This document shows positions 48,372-59,892 of a stretch of DNA of 64,000 nucleotides, one piece after another (positions within the stretch are counted from its first letter, which is position 1; the number at the start of each line of letters is the position of its first letter). Origin of the DNA: an uncultured delta proteobacterium. GTDB taxonomy: Bacteria > Myxococcota_A > Polyangia > Palsa-1104. The stretch spans positions 32,001-96,000 of the forward strand of contig CAWAWS010000006.1 of the NCBI GenBank assembly GCA_963785725.1, written 5' to 3'. The notes under the pieces are model-generated. The model was not told where the DNA came from and did not search any database. It saw nothing but the letters and a program-made list of their open reading frames with translations. Both the position numbers and the translations under genes were made by a program.

Positions 48372-50716
48372 CAGACCTCGATCACCAGGTCGCCCACTTC
48401 GATCGTCTCGGCTTGCGTCAGGTCGTCGTCGAGCGTCAGCACGAGCCGCACCGTCTGGCCGCCTGCGATGCGGCCGCCGCGCGTGGTCTGCGCGGCCTCG
48501 ATCGTCGCCCGCACGCGACCGCCCGCACCGACGACGAACGCCTCCGTGCCCGGCGCCCAGTCGAGCTCGTCGACGACGTCGAATTCGACGATCCAGGCGC
48601 GGCCTCTTTGCCGCTTGATGCGACCGCGTAGACGCGACGAGGCCGGCTCCTTGTCCGCGGCCGGCGTCACGTGACCGAGCGGCGGCACCGACTTCTTGGC
48701 CGGCTCGAACAGGCCGCGCACGCGGCTCACCAGGCTGGGCGACTTCGGCGCCGCCGGCTTTCCCGTCGGTGCCGGTGGCGGCGGTGCGGCGCCGCCCGCG
48801 GCGGGCATCATCGGCGCCATGGCCGACCGCGTTCGCTCCATCATGGGCGCGCCGAAGGACGCGGCGGACAGACCGCTCGAGCGCAGACCGAGACCGTCGA
48901 CGGAGACGCCGAACGGCAGCGACTGCGGGATGCGCTCCTGGCGCGACGGCGACCGCGGATCGACCGCCGGCTCGTCGCCGATCGCCACCCACGACGTCAG
49001 TCGCGTCGCGATCTGGAACGTCAGGCCCAGCTGCTCGACCGAGGCGTCGATCGACTCAGCCGCTTCACCGGCGCACAGCCGGGTCTCGAGGTCGGCGACG
49101 GCTTCGCGGCCGAACAGCGTCACCAACGCGCCGTTGCCGTCGCCCGCTGCCGTCGCTGCGACCGTCAAACGCTGCTCCCACGCGCCGTCCTGCGTGCGAC
49201 CGCGGGCGACGAGCTCGCCACCCGCCGCCGAAAGCTCGAGCGCGACGAGCGCCGGCGCGCCCGCGAACAGATCGGGCAGTCGCGACGGCGCATGCGCCAC
49301 CAGCGCCGAGCCGCTCAGCTGCACGTCGACGACGAGCGGCGCCGTCGTGCGGGCCACGATGCGCGCCGCCGCGCGCTCCGGATCTTCGCCGATGCCGACG
49401 ATGACCTCGACGCCGCGGCCGGCGCGCGCCGCCGCTTCCGTCAGCGAGCGATTGACCGCCGAGCCGACGCCGACCGTGTGCAGCCGCGACGACGCCGGCA
49501 GCCGATGCAAGATCTCGTGCACGATCTCGCGCTCGAAGCCGATGGCGCCGTCGCTGACGAGCACGATCTGGCGTTGCGCGTCAGCTCGCAGCGGCTGTAA
49601 GGCTTCGACGATGCCGGCGCGCATCTCGGTGCCGCCGCTCGCCTTCAACGCCGCCAGCCACTTCTGCGCCGCCGCGCGCGTCGCGGCGGTCGCCGGCTGC
49701 GCCGTCTTCTGCCAGCGCCGCGGCTGGGACGAGAACTCGATCATGTCGAGCGAATCTTCGTCGCGCAGCGTGGCAATGAGCGCACCCAAGACGCGTCGCG
49801 CCTGCGCCAACGGCTCGCCGCCCATCGAGCCCGACGTGTCGATGAGCAGGCACACGTCGCGCGGCACCGAGCGCGCCTGCGACGTCTTCGCCGGCGGCAC
49901 CATCGTCATGAGGCCGAAGGCGCGCGGCGCAAGCGCGCTCGTCGCCGCCGGCCGCGCGACGGCGAGCGTCACGCCCGTCGCCGGCGCGGCCACGGCCCAG
50001 CGCACGACGAGGTCGCGGTCGAGCGCCACGCCGCCGTCGGCCGCCAGCGTCACCGCGCCGTCGGCGCCGATCGTCAACGCGTGCGACGGCGACTGCGGCT
50101 GGTGCCCGTCGGCCAGGCGATCGCCGATCGTCAGCTGCAGCTGCGCGCGCGCCGGCAGCGGCCCATCGGCGACGACGTCGTGCGTAAGCAGCGCCGCGTC
50201 CGCGACACGCCCGGTCACGCCTTGATAACGCGGCATCGCCACCGTCGGGAAACGCCACTCCCACGCGCCTTCGCCGTCGATCCAGCCGAGCTTTTGATCG
50301 ACCACGATCTCGGCCACGATCGTCGCGCGCGGCGGAATGTTGCCCAATTCCTGCGTGAACAGCGCCGTGCGCTCCTGATCGAGCAGCGCCGCCGTATGTC
50401 CGGTCGCGATCGCCTCTTCGTAGCGCTCGCGCGCCGCCTGCCGCCGATCGATCTCGCCCACGATCCGCTTGTCGCCGGCCACAAAAGCGAACGCCGACAC
50501 CGCGCTGTCCGCGGGCAGCGGCAGCCGATAGCTGACCGCCAGCGGCTCGTCATGCGGGTTCGTAAACTGTTGCGTCAGCGTCACCCGCGCCAAGCCCGCT
50601 TGCGCGCTCGCCTTCACCGTCGTACCCACGAGCGGCAAGACGCGCCCGTCCAGGCTCACCAAGCTGCCGCCTGCGCTCTCGTTGACGTCCGTCAGCCGCA
50701 TCGCCGGTCGATTCAT
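48371..50716 (-). CDS. VIT plus von Willebrand factor A domain protein
   Basis: VIT (QQFTNP..YRLPLP..FTQELGNIPP), MIDAS DTSGS, GGTE, LVSDG; GAGGAG RBS. Confidence 0.9.
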   Translation of the reverse strand: MNRPAMRLTDVNESAGGSLVSLDGRVLPLVGTTVKASAQAGLARVTLTQQFTNPHDEPLAVSYRLPLPADSAVSAFAFVAGDKRIVGEIDRRQAARERYEEAIATGHTAALLDQERTALFTQELGNIPPRATIVAEIVVDQKLGWIDGEGAWEWRFPTVAMPRYQGVTGRVADAALLTHDVVADGPLPARAQLQLTIGDRLADGHQPQSPSHALTIGADGAVTLAADGGVALDRDLVVRWAVAAPATGVTLAVARPAATSALAPRAFGLMTMVPPAKTSQARSVPRDVCLLIDTSGSMGGEPLAQARRVLGALIATLRDEDSLDMIEFSSQPRRWQKTAQPATAATRAAAQKWLAALKASGGTEMRAGIVEALQPLRADAQRQIVLVSDGAIGFEREIVHEILHRLPASSRLHTVGVGSAVNRSLTEAAARAGRGVEVIVGIGEDPERAAARIVARTTAPLVVDVQLSGSALVAHAPSRLPDLFAGAPALVALELSAAGGELVARGRTQDGAWEQRLTVAATAAGDGNGALVTLFGREAVADLETRLCAGEAAESIDASVEQLGLTFQIATRLTSWVAIGDEPAVDPRSPSRQERIPQSLPFGVSVDGLGLRSSGLSAASFGAPMMERTRSAMAPMMPAAGGAAPPPPAPTGKPAAPKSPSLVSRVRGLFEPAKKSVPPLGHVTPAADKEPASSRLRGRIKRQRGRAWIVEFDVVDELDWAPGTEAFVVGAGGRVRATIEAAQTTRGGRIAGGQTVRLVLTLDDDLTQAETIEVGDLVIEV

Positions 50717-50822
50717 TTGACTACTCCTCGTTGGGGTTGCATAGGTCCAACGGGCCAGCCGCCGCTTTTGTGACATTCGATTTTTTCCCCCGTCTTGTGG
50801 CATACATGCCGCCGAGGTGAAC

Positions 50823-52551
50823 ATGCAGGTGCAGAACTGGAGCGACCGCTTATTGCGTCGCTCCCGCCGCTCCGTCCCCGCCGGATTGCGTACCCCGCCG
50901 CAGCTCTCGGGCGGCTACCCGCTGGTCGGCCACTCCGTCGAATTCATCCGCACGACCATCGGTCTGCTCGAGCGCGCGCGCCGCGAGCAGGGCGAGGTCG
51001 CGGCGTTTCAGGTGTTCAACCGCCGCATGGTGGCGATGTTCGGTCCCGAGGCGCACGAGGCCGTGTTCCGCGCGCCCGATTCGATCTTGTCGCCGTCGGA
51101 AGCCTACAAGATCATGACGCCGGTCTTCGGCAAGGACATCGTCTACGACGCGCCGCCCGAGAAGATGGCGGAGCAGCTGAAGATGCTGTTGCCGGCGCTC
51201 AAGGACAAGCGCATGCGCACCTACGGCGAAGCGGTCGTCGCCGAGACCGAGGCCAGCGTGCAGAAGTGGGGCGAGTCGGGCGTCGTCGACTTCGTCGACT
51301 TCTGCCGCGTGCTCACCAACTTCACGTCGTCGCGCTGCCTGCTCGGCGCCGAGTTTCGCGAAGGCATGACCGAGGAGTTCGCCGCCGTCTATCACGACCT
51401 CGAAAAGGGCGTGACGCCTCTGGCGTACATCAACGCGCACTTGCCGATCCCGTCGTTCCGCAAGCGCGACAAAGCGCGCGTGCGCATGGTCGAGATGATC
51501 ACGAAGATCATCGACGCGCGTCGCCGCGAGAAGCGCGACGGGCGAGGACTTCTTGCAGACGCTGATGGAGTCGCGTTACGCCGACGGCCGCGGCCTCAGC
51601 GAGAACGAGATCACCGGCATGCTGCTCGCCGGCATGTTCGCCGGCCATCACACGTCCTCGGTGACGACGGCCTGGACGCTCATCGAGCTCTTGCGCACGC
51701 CCGAGTACAAAGAGCGCGTGCTCGGCGAGATCGACAGCGTCTTCGGCGACGGCAAGCGCGTGTCGCACGCGGCCTTGCGCGAGCTGACGCTGACGGAGAA
51801 CGCGGTCAAAGAGTCGCTGCGCCTGCATCCGCCGCTGTTCATGCTCGTGCGCGTCGTCAAGCAGGACTTCACGTACAAGAATTACTTCATCGAGAAGGGC
51901 ACCTGGATCGTCATCTCGCCGACGGTGTCGCACCAAATTCCCGAGGTGTTCGCCGAGCCGATGCGGTTCGATCCCGATCGCTTCTTGCCGCCGCGTGAAG
52001 AGGACAAGCGCGATTTCTCGTATATCGCGTTCGGCGGCGGGCGCCACAAGTGCCTCGGCAACGCGTTCGCGATCTTGCAGATCAAGGCGATCATCGCGCT
52101 GCTGCTCGGTCAATACGAGCTGGAGCTCGTCGGCGATCCGGTCGAGAGCGACTTTCATGGGCTCGTCATCGGACCGAAGGAGCCCTGCCGCATTCGCTAT
52201 CGGCGGCGGGCGCAGCCGTCGGTGACGATGGCCGTGGCGCGCGATCTGGCGCAGATGGCGTCGGCCGAAGCGATGAACGCGGCCGCCGCCGGCCACGACG
52301 CGCACGGCAGCAACGGCACGAACGGTAGCGCCGCCAAGCCGGCGATGAAGAAGCTCAAGATCACGCTCGATCGCGACTTGTGCCAAGGCCACGCCGTGTG
52401 CGTCGGCGAAGCGCCCGACGTCTTCCGCCTCGGCGCCGACGGCAAAGTCGAGCTCGCCCTCGACGGCGACTTGCCGCTCGCGCAATACGGCCAAGTCCAC
52501 GCCGCCGAGCAGTACTGCCCGACCCGCACCATCAAGCTCAATTACGAATAG
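50823..52551 (+). CDS. cyp51: Sterol 14-alpha-demethylase CYP51 fused to a C-terminal ferredoxin (+1 frameshift near 51537)
   Basis: AYKIMTPVFGKDIVYD, FAGHHTSS, ESLR, heme motif FGGGRHKCLG; Ala-rich linker; CQGHAVC...CP ferredoxin. Confidence 0.9.
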
Positions 52552-52652
52552 CGCGCTGCCTGCTGTTGGGGGCGCGCGTGGCTGCCGAGCGCGTGCGCCC
52601 GCGATAAACCATTGATCGGCGTGCCCGACTACACGATGGCAGTCGCGACGGA

Positions 52653-52695
52653 GCGATGCGCGCCTGCGTCCACCGGACGCCCAGGCGCGCATCGC
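52653..52695. other. Long GC-rich hairpin between convergent genes
   Basis: GCGATGCGCGCCTG / CAGGCGCGCATCGC (14 bp perfect) enclosing CGTCC-ACC-GGACG. Confidence 0.7.
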
Positions 52696-52845
52696 CAGTG
52701 GTAAACCGCTCGCGCCCGTCGTCGCCGACTAAACGGTGTCCACCGTCCGGCGCTGCGGTGCCTGCTCACATACCAAAACGTATGCTGCGCCGGCTCCTCG
52801 TTCCGTCCTTGTCTCTCGCTTGTCTCCCAACCCAGGCGCCCCCGT

Positions 52846-53895
52846 TTAGTGCCGCATGAGCGCCGCGCCCCAGTGGAAGCCGGCGCCCAGCGCGACGAAG
52901 CAGACCAAGTCGCCTTTGGCGATGCGGCCGTTGTGCCGGCACTCGTGGTACGCGATGGGGATCGTCGCGGCGGTCGTGTTGCCGTAGCGCTGGATGTTGT
53001 TGTAGACGCGATCGTCAGGCAGCCCGAGCGCCTTTTGCACGGCTTCGTTCAGGCGCAGGTTCGCCTGGTGCGCCAAGAGCAGCGTCACGTCGTCGAGCAC
53101 AAGGCCGTTGCGCCGTAGGACTTCGTGGACGACCTCGGGCAGCTTCGCCAGCGCGTGGCGAAAGACGCGCGGCCCGTCCATCTCGGGAATGTGCCGCCCC
53201 TCGCGGACCATCACCTCGGTGATGTACGGCCGCCACTTGAACCCCGACGGCACATACAGCTTCTCCGCGAACTGCCCGTCGGAGTGCATGACGCTGTCGA
53301 CGAGGCCGTGCGGCGCGTCGTCGCGCCCGAGCACGACCGCGCCGGCGGCGTCCCCGAAGAGCACGGTGCGATCGCGATAGCGCGTGTTGAACTCGCGCTC
53401 CTCGTCGCTGACTTTGGCGCTCGAGGTCCCGAAGACGACGCCGTGATCTTTCCACGGCATGAACCCGGAGTGCACTTCGGAGCCGACGAGCAGCAGCTTC
53501 TTGGCGACGCCCGCTTTCAACAGCGCATCGGCGACCTGTAAGCCGTAGATGAAGCCGGCGCACTGCTGGCGAATGTCGAGCGTCGGCACGGTGGGAAGGC
53601 CGAGCTTGTGCTGCAAGAGCACGCCCGAGCCGGGGAAGTAGTAGTCGGGCGTCATCGTGGCGAAGATGACGTAGTCGATGTCGCGCACGTCGAGCTGCGC
53701 GTCGGCGATGGCGGCACGCGCGGCGCGCACGCCCAAGTCGGACGTCGACGTGCCCTCCGCCACGTAGTGACGCGTGTTGATTCCGGTGCGCTCGCGGATC
53801 CAGTCGTCGGAAGTGTCGCAGACGCGACCGAGGTCGTCGTTCTTCACTTCGTGCTCGCCGAGCGCCATGCCCGAGCCGAGCGCAATCGTTCCCAT
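52846..53895 (-). CDS. fabH: 3-oxoacyl-ACP synthase III (FabH) family protein
   Basis: WIRERTGI, QQCAGF, LFGDAAGA, HQAN, YGNT, GAGFHWG. Confidence 0.9.
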   Translation of the reverse strand: MGTIALGSGMALGEHEVKNDDLGRVCDTSDDWIRERTGINTRHYVAEGTSTSDLGVRAARAAIADAQLDVRDIDYVIFATMTPDYYFPGSGVLLQHKLGLPTVPTLDIRQQCAGFIYGLQVADALLKAGVAKKLLLVGSEVHSGFMPWKDHGVVFGTSSAKVSDEEREFNTRYRDRTVLFGDAAGAVVLGRDDAPHGLVDSVMHSDGQFAEKLYVPSGFKWRPYITEVMVREGRHIPEMDGPRVFRHALAKLPEVVHEVLRRNGLVLDDVTLLLAHQANLRLNEAVQKALGLPDDRVYNNIQRYGNTTAATIPIAYHECRHNGRIAKGDLVCFVALGAGFHWGAALMRH

Positions 53896-54042
53896 GCGGA
53901 CGTTCTAAGCGGTTTGCCGTCGAGAATCCATCACGCGCCGCGTCGGCATTTGACCGTTCGGTTAGGAGCGCGCGATTGTTTCGTGCCGTTTACGAATGCG
54001 TCGCTGCGCGGAAATACAGGAACGCGTGTAGAAGGGGAACGC

Positions 54043-55611
<1,569 letters not shown>

Positions 55612-55684
55612 GCGGCGAAGTCTATACGAGAAAAGCGGCCCCTGTTATAGTTGGAAAAGCACCTGGAGTGCGCGGAGGGGCACA

Positions 55685-56531
55685 ATGGAAGGCGATACGG
55701 CGGAGCGTGGTACGGCCTGGCTAGGCTATGCGTTGCAAGAGGGAATCAAGCATGGGCTGACCGACGCGCGCGAAATTCTGGCGCACGCCACGCCCGAGGT
55801 GCTCGTCGCGCAGCTGCCGCGCGATCTGACGACGCTGCTCATCGCCGGCTCATTGAAGACCGGTCGCTTGACGCCCGAGAGCGTGATGGAAGTGGCGCCA
55901 CCGATGATCATGGCCGAGCACCTCGAGGCCAACATCTTGTGGAGCTGCTTGTCGGACGCGGCGGAAGCGGCGAACCTCGTCGCGGCCGGCGGCTCGGCGT
56001 CGTCGGCGGGACGGCGCTGGATGGGCGACATTCTCGGTCGCGCCATCACCGATGGCTTGATGACGCCCGACGACGTCGTGCGCAACGTGCCGCCGGCGGA
56101 GTGGGTCAGAGACGCGCCGCCGCAGGTCGTGTCCGAGATGTTGGCGGCCGGTCTGTCGAAGGGCACGTTCGACGCGAAGTTGGCGTTGGTGCACTTGACG
56201 CCGGAGCTGTTGGCGGAGCATTTGTCGCCGCCGCTCGTCTGGAAATGCATCGCCGAAGCGGTGGCGAAGAACTTCCACTTGGGCGACGTCGACAGCCACG
56301 CGACCGACACGTTGGCGCGCGCGGCGGCGTCGATGAGCGCGTCGAAGCTGGAGGCGATGGTCGTGCGCCAGTCGCCGATTCGTCGCGCGCAAGCTGCCCG
56401 ACAGCGACAGCTGGGAAGCGGCGTCCTTGTCCGATGACGCCGTCGAGGAAGAGGTCATCGAAGAGACCGACGCCGGTCAGCTGCCGCCCGCGCCGCCGAA
56501 GAAGAAAGCGGCCGCCTCGCCGAATCGCTAG
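55685..56531 (+). CDS. Hypothetical helical protein with an internal duplication (frameshift near 56380)
   Basis: GGAGGGG RBS; two related ~85-aa halves; acidic/Lys tail in the shifted frame ending at TAG 56531. Confidence 0.7.
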
Positions 56532-57538
56532 TCCCGCCTGTTCTTCCCGCTCTTGGGTCGCACGAAATAATCCCAGACGACGCGCGTGAGGTCGGCGATG
56601 AGCCGCTCTTTGGCGGCCGTCGGACCGCCGGCGTCGCTGACGTAAACCGCGAGCGCGACGTGCTCGCCCGACGGCAGCGTGATGACGCCGACGTCGTTGA
56701 CGCAGGCCGCTTCGGCGTCGCCGATGCCGTCGCAGGTGCCGGTGCGATCGGCCACGGCGACGCCGGCCGGCACACCCGCGCGGATGCGTCCGCGGCCGCT
56801 CCGATTGCGCGCCAGCTCCTGTCGCAGGAAGTCCAGCGCCGCCGCGCTCAGCAGATCTTGGCGCCACAGCCGTTCGATGATCTTCGTCATCATGAGCGGC
56901 TGCCCGTGATCGCGCGGATCGCGCAGGAACGCCGCCAGCGCCCGCTGATGCTGCAGGACGCGCACGTTCTGCTTCAGCACGATCAGCTTGCGCGGATCGC
57001 GATCGTCGGGCGCCGGGTAGGGCAGGCCATGCGCGTCGAGGCTCATCTCGGTCTCGTCGCGATCGATCGAAATGCCGGTGAAGCCGAGCGCCGTCAGCGT
57101 CGCTTGCACGCGCGCCGCCCCGCCGCACAGTCGCATGAGCGCATTGGCGGCGCTGTTGTCGCTCTCCTCCAGCATCACCGTCACGAGCTCGCGCAGTGTC
57201 GACGAGCCGCCCATCGGCAAGCGGTCGTTCAGCGCGCTCGGGCCGGGCCACAGATCGCGCACTTCGACACGGACCTGGCTGTCGAGCCCGGGCAGCAGCT
57301 GCTGGTCGACGAGGCGCATGACGACGATCGCCAGCGGCAGCTTGAACGTGCTCGCCAGCGGAAACGAGCGCGTCGCGTTCAGCCCCGCCGTCTCGTGCCG
57401 CTCGAGCTGCTCGACGTAGATGCCGACCGACGAGGGCGCGCCTTTGACGATCGCCTTCAGCTGGTCATCGAGCGGCGACGCGAGCGCCGAGTTCGCCAGC
57501 AGGACGAGCGCGCCCGCCGTGAGCGCGATGCGCAGCAT
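56528..57538 (-). CDS. Class A beta-lactamase family serine hydrolase
   Basis: Signal peptide; STFK, SDN, DRDE, DRTG, NDVG. Confidence 0.88.
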   Translation of the reverse strand: MLRIALTAGALVLLANSALASPLDDQLKAIVKGAPSSVGIYVEQLERHETAGLNATRSFPLASTFKLPLAIVVMRLVDQQLLPGLDSQVRVEVRDLWPGPSALNDRLPMGGSSTLRELVTVMLEESDNSAANALMRLCGGAARVQATLTALGFTGISIDRDETEMSLDAHGLPYPAPDDRDPRKLIVLKQNVRVLQHQRALAAFLRDPRDHGQPLMMTKIIERLWRQDLLSAAALDFLRQELARNRSGRGRIRAGVPAGVAVADRTGTCDGIGDAEAACVNDVGVITLPSGEHVALAVYVSDAGGPTAAKERLIADLTRVVWDYFVRPKSGKNRRD

Positions 57539-57547
57539 GGGCGCTCC

Positions 57548-58456
57548 TCAGCGCGCCATCGAGCCGACGTAATTGCGGCCGGTGTCGGGCAAGATGACGA
57601 CGACGCGCGCGCCCGGCTGCCAGCCGCCGTCCTTGGCGTAGGCGAGCGCGCCGGCGAGCGCGGCGCCGGCCGAGCCACCGGCGAGGATGCCCTCTTCGCG
57701 CGCCAGCCGCGCCATCGCCACCAACGAATGCATGTCGAGCACCGCGCGCTGCGCGTCGAGCTCCGGGCAGGCGAACGACGCCGGCGGACCATCGGGCGCG
57801 ATGCCCTCGAGCTTCGACTCGCCGCCCTCGTCCCCGACGGGAATCACGCGCAGTAAGCGCAGCTCGGGGTTGCGCTCGCGCAGCGCGCGGCCGATGCCGG
57901 CGAGCGTGCCGCCGGTGCCGCAGGCGGCGACGAGCGCGTCGACCCGGCCCTCGAGATCGTCCCAAATCTCGCGCGCCGTCGTCAGGCCATGCGACTCGGG
58001 ATTGTCGGGGTTGTGAAATTGATCGGGACGAAACGCCCGTCGCTCACGCGCCAACGCTTCGGCGACCTCGATGTAGTCTTCCTCAGGCGTGCACACGCGG
58101 ATCTCGGCGCCGAGCGTGCGCACGACGGCCAGCTTGTCCGGCGACGTCCCGTTGGGCACGACGACGATACAGCGATAGCCGCGCACCGCCGCCACCATCG
58201 CCAAGCCGACGCCGGTGTTACCCGCCGACGCCTCGACGATCGTGCCGCCCGGACGCAAGAGGCCGCGCCTCTCGGCCATGTCGCACAAGTGCAGCGCCAG
58301 TCGATCCTTCGACGAGCCGCCTGGATTGCACGCCTCTACCTTTCCATACAGCTCGACCGGTAGCTCACGTCCGACGCGACCGAGACGGACCAGCGGTGTC
58401 CGCCCGATGGCGTCGAGGATCGACGAGTAGTGCGCCACGTCTTGATGCTCGCGCAC
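57548..58456 (-). CDS. PLP-dependent cysteine synthase/cystathionine beta-synthase family protein
   Basis: IGRTPLV, NPGGSSKDR, EASAGNTG, GTGGT, ILPDTGRNY. Confidence 0.92.
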   Translation of the reverse strand: MREHQDVAHYSSILDAIGRTPLVRLGRVGRELPVELYGKVEACNPGGSSKDRLALHLCDMAERRGLLRPGGTIVEASAGNTGVGLAMVAAVRGYRCIVVVPNGTSPDKLAVVRTLGAEIRVCTPEEDYIEVAEALARERRAFRPDQFHNPDNPESHGLTTAREIWDDLEGRVDALVAACGTGGTLAGIGRALRERNPELRLLRVIPVGDEGGESKLEGIAPDGPPASFACPELDAQRAVLDMHSLVAMARLAREEGILAGGSAGAALAGALAYAKDGGWQPGARVVVILPDTGRNYVGSMAR

Positions 58457-58687
58457 GCCGTCTCGTTACGCAAGCCTCCGCCTCACGGCGCGACGAAGCG
58501 CGAGCCTCGCCGGACTTCACGCTCGCATGCGGTGACGTTGCGGCTGCCGGCCGATCGTGCGTCGCGCGGCGCTCAGTCGATCGCGCGTGTGGCGTCCTTG
58601 CTGATGCGCTCGCGATGTTTCGGCCAAGTTGCCTCACACGATAAAATCGCCGATCGAGAAATCGGGCACTTGCGTTCGACTACGCGC

Positions 58688-58712
58688 GGGCACGACGTCT
58701 GCAGAGACGTCG
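58688..58712 (+). promoter_or_regulatory. Candidate sigma54 promoter overlapped by a palindrome
   Basis: GGGCACG-ACGT-CTGCA (58688-58703); inverted repeat CGACGTCT-GCAG-AGACGTCG (58693-58712). Confidence 0.45.
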
Positions 58713-58763
58713 CTCGCTTTCTAACGCACCAAACTGCACCACACCCAAAACGGAGATACTCCC

Positions 58764-58949
58764 ATGAAGAAGACTCTGCTCGGTTTCGTTGCCGCCGCCA
58801 CGCTCCTCTCGTTCGCCGCCCCGGTCTTCGCGGCTGACGACGCCGCCCCCGCCGAGAAGCCGGCCAAGAAGAGCAAGAAGAAGGGCAAGAAGGGCGATGA
58901 CGCCGCCCCGGCCGCCGACGGCGCCGCTGCCGACGCCCCCAAGAAGTAA
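58764..58949 (+). CDS. Small secreted Lys/Ala/Asp-rich peptide (61 aa)
   Basis: GGAG RBS, signal peptide ending VFA-AD, strongly biased codons, own terminator. Confidence 0.88.
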   Translation: MKKTLLGFVAAATLLSFAAPVFAADDAAPAEKPAKKSKKKGKKGDDAAPAADGAAADAPKK

Positions 58950-58967
58950 TTTTCTTTCACGTTTTCG

Positions 58968-59008
58968 GAAACCCCCTCACGGCTCGTCCGTGTGGGGGTT
59001 TTCTTTTT
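58968..59008 (+). terminator. Rho-independent terminator
   Basis: Stem GAAACCCCCTCACGG-N5-CCGTGTGGGGGTTTT followed by CTTTTT. Confidence 0.88.
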
Positions 59009-59017
59009 CCGGACTAC

Positions 59018-59290
59018 TTATTTATTCTTGCCGAGTCGGCCGAACATGATGCTGACGATGATGAGGGCGACGCCGGCGACGCGCAGCGCCGAGTTTCCGG
59101 CCGGCCCGAGCGTGCGCCGCCACGACGGCAAGACGTAAGACAGCGCCAGCGCCGCCAGCAGCGCGACGCCGAGCGCCGTCGACAGCCGCGCCGCCAGCCG
59201 AAAGCGGGCCTCGTCGCTGCCGAGAAACGACCTGCCCGGCGTACGCTGTACGCGCAGTCGCTTCTTGCGCTTCTTTCGCGGGCTCGTCAT
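59018..59290 (-). CDS. Small membrane protein with a basic N-terminus and two TM helices
   Basis: MTSPRKKRKKR..., two hydrophobic segments. Confidence 0.65.
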   Translation of the reverse strand: MTSPRKKRKKRLRVQRTPGRSFLGSDEARFRLAARLSTALGVALLAALALSYVLPSWRRTLGPAGNSALRVAGVALIIVSIMFGRLGKNK

Positions 59291-59310
59291 CGGCGCTACT
59301 GCCGCAGATG

Positions 59311-59892
59311 CTACGCGTTGTCGTCGAGCAGAGCCAGGAGCTGATGCACCATGCGCGCGGTCGCGCCCCAAATACGGTGCGGCTCCCAGCGATATTCGTG
59401 CATGTCGTAGGTGATGCCGAGGAACGTCCGCGAGCCGTTGGCCGAATAACGCCGCGGATCTGCCAGCTCCGCCACCTCGGTGTAGAAAATGCTCGCCACC
59501 TCGCCCGGGCTCGGCGTCAGCATCAACGGCCCGCGCAGCCGCGCCACGACGGGCGTGATGACGAAGCGCGTCGGCGTCGGCACGTCGTCGAGCTGGCCGA
59601 GCACTTCGACGTCGGTCGGCGCCACGCCCAATTCCTCACTGGTTTCACGCACCGCCGTCGCCGCCGAGTCGGTGTCGCCGTCGTCGCGCTTGCCGCCGGG
59701 GAAGGCGATCTGACCCGCGTGCGTCGACAGATCGTGGCGCCGCTCGGTGAACAGCAGCCGATCGGGCTTGCCCGCTTCGGTCACGAGCGGCACGAGCACG
59801 GCCGCGGGCGCGAAGCCATCCAGCGTCAGCTGCAGCCGCGGTCGCGCCAAGAGCCTCGTTCGCAGCCGGTCGGGATCGAAGGTCGTCGTCAT
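59311..59892 (-). CDS. CoA pyrophosphatase (NudL-like Nudix hydrolase)
   Basis: AAVLVPL, HAGQIAFPGG, AVRETSEELG, IWGATA. Confidence 0.92.
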   Translation of the reverse strand: MTTTFDPDRLRTRLLARPRLQLTLDGFAPAAVLVPLVTEAGKPDRLLFTERRHDLSTHAGQIAFPGGKRDDGDTDSAATAVRETSEELGVAPTDVEVLGQLDDVPTPTRFVITPVVARLRGPLMLTPSPGEVASIFYTEVAELADPRRYSANGSRTFLGITYDMHEYRWEPHRIWGATARMVHQLLALLDDNA

